DNA of 64,000 bases from Cycas panzhihuaensis. Taxonomy: Eukaryota; Plantae; Cycadophyta. Positions 56,101 to 64,000 of this stretch are shown piece by piece. A program made the translations under genes and the position numbers. Positions within the stretch are counted from its first letter, which is position 1; each line of letters starts with the position of its first letter. The notes under the pieces are model-generated. The model did not search any database. It was not told the DNA's origin and was given only the letters and a program-made list of their open reading frames with translations. The DNA lies in NCBI GenBank assembly GCA_023213395.1, contig CM041465.1, positions 242,489,741 to 242,553,740 of the forward strand. Direction: 5' to 3'.

Positions 56101-59100
56101 TGGATGCGCATCTATGGGATAATCACCTAGCTGAGTAGGAATAACGATGATCGATAGTGATATCGGGGGTGTGGATGAAAGCCTATAAGTGAAGCGAGGA
56201 CCACGCAGGGCACCCTATGTGCTAGAGCATGAGTTCAAGACCTGCGGATGATACCCAACTACATGAGAGTGGTTACCTACCTCGAAGAGGAAGAGGGAAA
56301 GCAAGGGAGGTAGCTTGGATAGACTTAGGAGGAAAGTCCTCCCACCCTTGGATGGCCAGAAGGGGAGGAAAGGAATCCTTGAGGGTTTCCCTATGACAGA
56401 GGGAAATAAGTGGGAACAAGGTAGGTGATAACTTACGATGTGACTAAGATCTCCGTGGTTATTTGACTAAGTAAATAGAACCAAGAAGAGGAGAAGGGAG
56501 TGGGAGTGAACAACCAACCCTAAAATCACCCTTGACATTTTGAAAAAAGAACAATCAAGGAAATCAGAATGGTATCACATATGCAAGAAAACCAAACCAA
56601 GCAGGAGTGAGCCAAAAGGCCGAGGGTAGGGTTTGCAAGCCAAGGAAAAGGAAAGGGGGAAATCTCCTATAGGTCCTTTTCCTATATGAATGTGGTGCGT
56701 AATGTGTAAATATGCAAATGTAGGTAAAAGATGTTATTTTCCTTTTCTCTTTTATGTGTGACCTATTTAACTAATGCATAGACCTCAACTAAAAGTGCGA
56801 AAAGGAAAGTGGGGGCAAAAGAGAGAAGTACGTACCTGGGAGGTGTAGCGGTTGATGGAAGGCCTCACCCATGTGCCACGCACGTCCTCACCAAGCCCAC
56901 GAATGATGGAGGGGCTTCCTTACCTTCCCCTTACGAAAGAAAAGTGAAAGGAAATGAATGAAAGCAAAGAGCAAAATAAAGAACCTTACCCAGATCTGAG
57001 CGCTTCACACCTTTGCAAGAGCACCGCGGCAACGTGCACATGCATAAACCTATCCCTTCCAAGAAGGGGCTACAAGAGACAATCTATGTGTATGCAAATA
57101 TATATAAGTGCTATTAACATTAGAATGTTAGAGAAAGACAACTGCTACAATAAACTCTAAAAACCCTCTCTCAAAAAGGTTAGACATCAAGCGAAATGGC
57201 GCAAGGGAAGCCTTAGGATGGTTAACCCTCCGCTAAAATCTCCACACGACTTGTAAACATAGCAAGGTAGTGGGTAGAAGTCATTAAGGACAGCTAAGAG
57301 ATGCCAAGGAAAGTGAAACAAGGTGTTGGAAAGTAAGCAAGACGCAGAGTTGCTATGGGCAATAATCCAGTGCCATAAACCTTGCTAATGAGAACAAAGG
57401 GTACCCAACAACACATGGGACTCTACGAGGGTCCAAATGAGAGGCAAGCAGGCCTGGAATTAGTGCAACAAGTGGCTGCATATGTTGATAATCCAGTGCT
57501 AGCCTAGGGCTCAATCTCTCTTAATAATCTCAAGAAGAACATGGAATGAGAGATGAGAAGGTGGGAAGGGATTACCCTTGGAGAGAAGGACTGAAAGGGG
57601 GGCTGCCCTGCCTTACTCTCTTCACCTAGCCTTGGGACTCTTCTCTTGCTATTCTGTTGAAGAAAATCAGCAGAGGGAAGGTGGAGCCAAGAAGCAGCAA
57701 ATCAAACACTATGGAAAGACAACTTTTCAACAATGAAAATTGAAGAAAATGGGTAAATAAAGCAAGAAATGGGTCCAAATAGGGAGTAACTCACCAAAAA
57801 ATAGAAGAAAAGAGTTGGTAAGACCTACTGGGTGGATGTATGATAGATCTAGGCCTACTAACAGTAAGAAGGAGGGTCCCTGTAGGGGTTTGTAAGAGGC
57901 AAATCTAACAAACAGCTGAGAGGAGCACTATTAGGCGAGTTGTAGAAGAATCAGCACCAAAAACACTTGATGAAACCTAGAAAGAGGCTTCCCACCATTG
58001 AAGAAAAGAGTTGCAGATGAGTCCTGGCCTAAGGTTGTAGGAACGCAGGCCTGCAAAAACACCTATGGCAGAGGGAGCAGGAGAACAGAAGTTGTAGCAG
58101 GAGTTGTTGAGTTTTTGAGTAAAAAATAACCTAAGAGATCCTCAAAATGATGAGGGCTTCAATACTTATGCCAATCCCAGCTCTAAGTGAACAAATAGAG
58201 TGTGAATAGGGCTGAGATGGATGTGAGGATACATGGCAATTTCATGGAAAAAGTAAGAATTTCTATGGTAGTTTTTAAAAAATAACTGATGACAGTAGCA
58301 CCGTGGTAAACTTCACGATACTGCTAAGTTTATAGCGGTGCAGGACTAGAAAGCCAGAATGGTAGATTTTTGGGCTCCGGGAGCTTTGGGAGATGATTTG
58401 ATAGGCCTAGGAGGGGCTGGCCCTCCTGTCTAGGTCACTGAGACAATCCAGAAAGCACTAGATAGAGATAAGCAAAGCATCAATGAGGAAAGATCCTAGA
58501 ATGAGGTGCTAAGTGCTTCAGGTCAGGGTACGAACGGATCATACAGACTAAAAAAGGAATTGAGGCAGTACGGAGACAATGCAGAAGGTCGTATAGTACC
58601 ATAGGGATGCCTACCTTGTAGAAAGGTAGGTCCCGTTAGGTCATCATAGGCTCACAATATGATGGGCAACATGAACAGGCAATAAATGCAAAGTAGTCAT
58701 GCAAATGAAGCAAGCAGTCATGCAATGAGGCAACACTTATGTCAACCTTTCTAAGAAATTATGCAAGTGAAAAGAGAGAAGCATACCTGAGCTTACCTGA
58801 GTTGATCTATCCATATCCATTCCCAGTAGCTGGGAAACACTACCCCCTTGGTAGCAGATCCTCACTACTCGGAAGCATGATGTAATGGCAAAAGCTAGCA
58901 ACACAACTGTCAGTAGCATATGTGTATATACATATATATATAAATCATGATCATAGTAAGAGTCAAGGGTGCCGACAAGTGTCATGGTAGAATGCATAGA
59001 TACGAGGACAAAGGTAGAGATAACATAGGGGCTGCCTATGTGCCACCCAGGAATCGACCGAAAGCTAGAAGGACGAGGGGATTACCCCCATCATAAAAAG

Positions 59101-59289
59101 ATGCAGAGAGATGTGCATGATAAATTCAAGTAGAGGAAATAAGTGAGTAAAGTTGGTAGTCATCATAATTTAACCTCATTAGTGGCTAGCTTTTGGAGGT
59201 GCAAACGAACCATAAGGTGATCTGCATGATGGCCTGAAACTTGGGTGAGAGAGCGATTGGGCAAGTTTCAGGAGCGGTCAACAAGAAGA

Positions 59290-59690
59290 GGAAGGCGATG
59301 CTTAAGGATGAGGTGAACGAGACTATCTACCTCAATGTTGAGGGCCCGAGGAATGTGTCAGATGTTGATAGACTGGAAATTGGCCAGCAGGGATCTAGCA
59401 GTCGAAGCGAGGGCTCTCAAGTAAGGCCATTGCACTTGGTAAACCTGGGTGAGATGGGACACCACCACTTAGGAGTCACAAAGAAGGACAATCAATCCGT
59501 GATAGAAATAGAGTGCATCGATGAGAGCTTCAATAATGGTCGTGTACTCGGCTTTGTTATTGATAGCCTTAGTGAGGAAGATTTCAAAACATAGAAAATC
59601 ATGTCCGAAAGAGCTATGAAGAATCCAAGCAGTAGCAGAAGGTCCAAGGTTATCGCGGCTCCCACCATCGATAAAAATGAAGAGAGACAT
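59290..59690 (-). pseudogene. Stand-alone aRH of Tat-3
   Basis: MSLFIFIDGGSRDNLGPSATAW...INNKAEY...VLLCDS*VVVSHL...HIPRALNIEVDSL. All four acidic catalytic positions are recognisable; two stops. Confidence 0.88.
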
Positions 59691-60889
59691 AGATTATGGA
59701 AGAGAAAGTCTTGATGGAGAAAATATGTGATAATATAAGAGTTGAAGTATAAAGGCACTCATATGGCAAGCAATAAATAGCCGCGAAGGGTAGGAGGACC
59801 TAACAACAAGGCTACCCAAGGACAAGAGCAAACTATCTAACCATCGGCTGAGAGTGGGTGGCACAAGGGCATCCTCGGGTACCAAAGGTTACTTAAGAAA
59901 GTAAAGAATAACTCTAAACAGAGGGAGCATTCCCTTTGGAGGCCCCAAGAGAAGGAACAGGCTACAAAAATGGGTCCAAGACGGTGAAACAAGCCAAACG
60001 AGTATAAACTCGAGCATACACGGGAGCGGCATGCAAAACGAGGTAAAAGGGCCTTGCGAAAGATGCATGGAAAGGGTGCCATAAATGCATCTGCAAGAAA
60101 GAGCAAACTAGAGGCTAAGGGAGCACAATAGGAGATAGGGCCAGAAGGCAAAGGTGATCGAGGGTAGGAGATGTTCCAAAGGGCTGTCACGAGGTCAAAA
60201 ATAGAGACAGTACCTGTCAAGGTCCTCACCTATATAAGGAAATTTGACAGAAAATTGATTCATTTTCATGGGCTCTCAAGATAATCCAAAGCCATTCCCC
60301 TATGTAGCAGAGTACTACCCAACTTTGGAGGCACGCAGAGGGAGATCAAACCATCGGATCAGGGTGAGAGGATAGTCGTCAGGACCATCAAGATGAGATG
60401 ACGAGCACTAGGCCAGATCTAGTGAGAGGATCCTACAAAACCCACCCCATCTCATGATTTAAATTTTACTGCTTTTTATTGATTTTTATGTAGGTTTTTA
60501 GGCCCCATATGGGCGAGAAAATGCCTCTCGGAGTCCAAATTGGACCCAGAAAGAGGCGGGACCAGGGCATTAGATAGCCCTGGTCCCAGTGGGCCTGCCT
60601 ATAACCCACAAAAAGTGATTTTTTTGAGTTTTTTAGTAGGAAAACCTCCCCTTTTGGGGGGGTGTCATTCACACCACGGCAAAGATTGCAGTGCCATGAT
60701 CTTTACTGCGAGACCTGGGCCAAACTCTATGATACCGTCAAGTTTAGCATGGTGCAAAGGCAGAACTACAGAAAAAAGAAGAAAGGGACCTGAGGGGCCC
60801 TGAATCTTGATCAGATGAAGTTGAGAGATAGCCTAAAGGCTGAGAGATGAGCATAGGCTTGACTCTAACTGGTTTCGTGATGTTTACAG

Positions 60890-62820
60890 GCTGTGATTGC
60901 AGTGGGGAACCGCGAGAATATAGGGATGGCCATGTTGAGTTTCATAGAGATGATGACCAGGGAGGACAAGGGAGTTCTGCAAAGATACGGGTTGCTGAAG
61001 GTGGTGAGGACACCTCAGTATATGTCAGACCAGAGGTTATTGATCAATATAGTGTCGCATTGGGACTGGAGGAGGCACGTGTTCCACCTACCCTAGGTGG
61101 GAGACATAACAGTGACACCAAGAGACATTAGGAGGATATTGGGGCTACCGACGACTGGGAGGCCAGTGGTACTAGGAGCGCTACCTAGCAATAAGGCAAT
61201 ACACAGGGAGGTGGTGATATTCTTCACATGACAGGAGAGATGGTAGAGGAGGGGGATACCCCTATAGACCATGGTTATATCGAGAGTTCCTCGTGTGAGG
61301 AAATTGATCACACTGTGTGTTATGTTCTAGATCTTCCGGAAATAGAACTATAGAGACATACCGGGTGGCTAGATGGACATAGTGTGTCGGTGTGAGGCAG
61401 GCGAGAGGATGGACAAGGCCACTCTAATAACGGTGAACCTCGTCGCATAGTTAAACGCTATCAGAGTGTCAGGTAGAGGAGGACTCTCGTATAGCACATT
61501 ATTGTAGTGTTAGTTCTTCGACCACTTTGGATCAGTGGCACTGGTAGGGGGACCACACCCTATCGTAGAGTGGGCCCTGATGGTACATAGGTGGCAGACA
61601 AGGCTCAGAGGGACCGAGGACCAGGCTCATGTCTGACGCTCAGTGGAGGCCACATCACTAGACCTCCTCACCATGGCAGATTATACAACAGATCCATACA
61701 GAGCGGTGAGGTGGGGTAGTGATGATGAGGCAGAAGGAGCAGGGGTGCCCCCGAGATATGATGAGGGTGGAGATGGAGGTGATGGGGCTGGCCCATCAGG
61801 ACCTACAGGAGAAGTAGGTCCATCAAGGACAACAGGTGGAGGAGCAAGGCCATCTGGGACTACCGGCAGAGAGGCAGGCCCAACAGGGGCTGCAGAGGTG
61901 AGTAGGGGGCTAGTGACATGGGCCCGTAGGCTACAGATCGTCAAGAGATCCAGAGAGGTGGTAGTTGCACCAACCATAGAGAGGATAGATGCCCTAACTA
62001 TCGAGGTGATGGAAGAAGAGGTATCTGAGGAGGAGGAGGTACCTACAGTTGGCGGAGCACCAGAGGGAGAGGCAGTCACCTAGAGAGAGGAGCCAGTAGC
62101 CACACCAGGTGAGACATGACCATTTCCTATCGTCATTTGATTTCCAGATATATATGTTGATTTGGTTTTGATTTGATATCCATGGACATGTACTGATACA
62201 TGACGTGCTAGATTGTAGGTATGGTAGATATCCAGAGGTTGGTGGAGGTAGTAGTTTGAGAGGTATTCCCTCGGGCCTTCGCAGAGGGACAACCTCCCAT
62301 CCAAGCAGGAGATGAGCCTAGAGCAGCAGGCAGTCACATGGAAACATTCACCCCATTGATGCAAGTGAGAGATATATGGGGGGCAAAGTCTCAGGAGCAT
62401 GAGGCATGTGCGAGGCGGCCGCAGGCTGAGATGGACGCCACCCGAGCTAAGAGGGACACCTTACAGGCACAAGTGCAGGTACAGGAAGCTCATGGAGGAG
62501 CCAGAGGGGACATGGAGAGCCATGTCCAGGTGATAGTGCTAAAGGAGAGACTCTGGGGGATGGAGGAGAGGCTTCACCTCATAGAGATGGAGCGAGATCG
62601 TATCTAGGTACGATACGACCGACTAATCGAGGACATGGCATCAAGGTCGGCATGGAGCAGGATGCAAACTCATACAATAATGACGACCCTGAGGATGCCA
62701 TGGGATGAGGGGAGTGAGGTAGGGAGCTCACAGAGACTCAGGAGGAGTCTCAGAGGGATGTGGTCCCCAAGAGAGAGATCACACCAACCAGGAGATGATA
62801 CCCCAGGAGCAGAGCGGTAG
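60890..62820 (+). pseudogene. Antisense PMD + acidic linker + coiled-coil gene of Tat-3
   Basis: IVSHWDWRRHVFHLP*VGDITVTPRDIRRILGLPTTGRPV. The GT-AG intron 62109-62218 joins the frame of ORF 61643 to the frame of the coiled-coil ORF 62338. Upstream acceptor CTAAC...TACAG at 60889. Confidence 0.82.
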
Positions 62821-63465
62821 TAGAATAGGGTATATGCACTTGTTTTGACAAGGGAAAGCACAGACCTCTAGGGGGACCATATATAGAGTCATATGATTGT
62901 ACCCCCCTATAAGGACACCGACTTCCCATAGAGGATATACCATACCATATGTATGATATGATACATGATTTTGATGTATATATATAAACGGGGTGATTGG
63001 TACCCCATTTTAGCATATGTAATGATATGTATATTTTGTTTGATGAATGATATGTATGGTTGCATTTTATTATGATATTTGTTTAAGATGCACATATTTC
63101 CTTTCATGCAGGGCCATATACCTAATAGGAGCACACACAACCACCATGAATAGGGGTGATAGACATATGTGGGGTTAGGAAATAAGGTGACATGCACGTC
63201 CACGTGGGAGCATAGCGGGATATGCAAAAGAAATACCAAGTAAGAGAGGAGTGACGATACTCCAGAGCGTCATCCTAACTAGGGGATGCCCAAATAGGAG
63301 GACAAGGTCCCAAGGAAAATGGGAGAAAGGGTTCCGCGGGAGGAACCAGAAGGAGACGAAGAGGCCATCCTAAGTCGTCATTCCACCTGTGGCTGGGAGG
63401 AATGGGAACAAACTTAAGATGGTAGTTTAGGCTAATTTCAGAGTGGGGGCGAGGTGACGATAGGG

Positions 63466-64000
63466 TCATGAGTAAAATTTCTTAAGGAATTTTTTATTAA
63501 TGGCTTTCTCAAATTCAAGACCCTCCAAGGTGGTGATCCTATAAGTGCCATTACCAAGGCTCTTGATAATGACAAAGGGGCCAACCCATCTGGGCTTGAA
63601 TTTGGTTAAGCGGTCATGAAGATACTCCAATTTGAGGACATTGTCCCCGAGAAACAAAGGACGAGAATGAAGATGTTTATTGTAGGTCCTTTGTGAGCAG
63701 GCTTTGGATGCTAGGTTAGCCTAGTAGGCGGCTAAGCATCTCTCATCCAAAGCTTCGAGGTCAAGGAGGCGAGCCTGGTAGATCGACTCCTCATCAACAA
63801 GACCCCGAAGAGAAACATGTAAGGAAAGAATCTCCACTTCCAATGGGAGTACCGCCTCGGTACCGTAAACCAGGGACAAGGTCATTCCCATGGCAGAACG
63901 TACAGAGGTGCAGTAAACCCACAAAGCAGAAGGGAGATGAAGGTGCCAGTCTCTTTGAGATTGAGCAATAGTTTTCTTTAGAATATTATTGAGAGTCTTA
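63466..64000 (-). pseudogene. Tat-3 integrase C-terminus
   Basis: SLVYGTEAVLPLEVEI; KFKPRWVGPF...KKFYS*. Confidence 0.92.

Larger units (their letters stand above)
56101..64000 (-). mobile_element. 3' half of a Tat-clade element (Tat-3), a relative of Tat-1
   Basis: 3' LTR 56101-58839 (TGGATGCGC...GGGAAACA), PPT CCAAGGGGGTAG (58840-58851), aRH, antisense PMD gene and the integrase C-terminus. Confidence 0.9.

Noticed and set aside
60890-62820. PMD gene as a host MAIN-like gene
   Set aside because: It lies inside the element at an equivalent position in three elements and decays with them.

Overview
Eukaryotic, almost certainly land-plant, intergenic DNA (large genome; element types suggest a gymnosperm-like host). 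It is a nest of decayed LTR retrotransposons and I see no host gene, RNA gene or CRISPR array. Layout: (i) a + strand Copia (gag-PR-INT 1.65-4.8 kb; RT-RH and 3' LTR 23.1-25.0 kb) split by an 18.3-kb - strand Gypsy/Tat element (Tat-1, 4786-23095); (ii) a solo LTR at 29188-29832; (iii) a - strand chromoviral (Reina-like) Gypsy at about 32-36.9 kb; (iv) an older - strand Tat element (Tat-2, about 37.4-54.9 kb) carrying a solo LTR, a 4-kb gag-only (TR-GAG-like) element and a Tnt1/Tork-like Copia; (v) that Copia is split by a third - strand Tat element (Tat-3, 56101 to the window end). The most interesting signal is the accessory module downstream of integrase in all three Tat elements. It has an antisense, intron-containing gene (plant mobile domain + acidic linker + coiled coil) and a stand-alone archaeal-type RNase H, found in two different gene orders. 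Family-specific palindromic motifs are shared between the LTR and the region upstream of the antisense gene. All domain calls come from hand translation and motif recognition; no searches were run.
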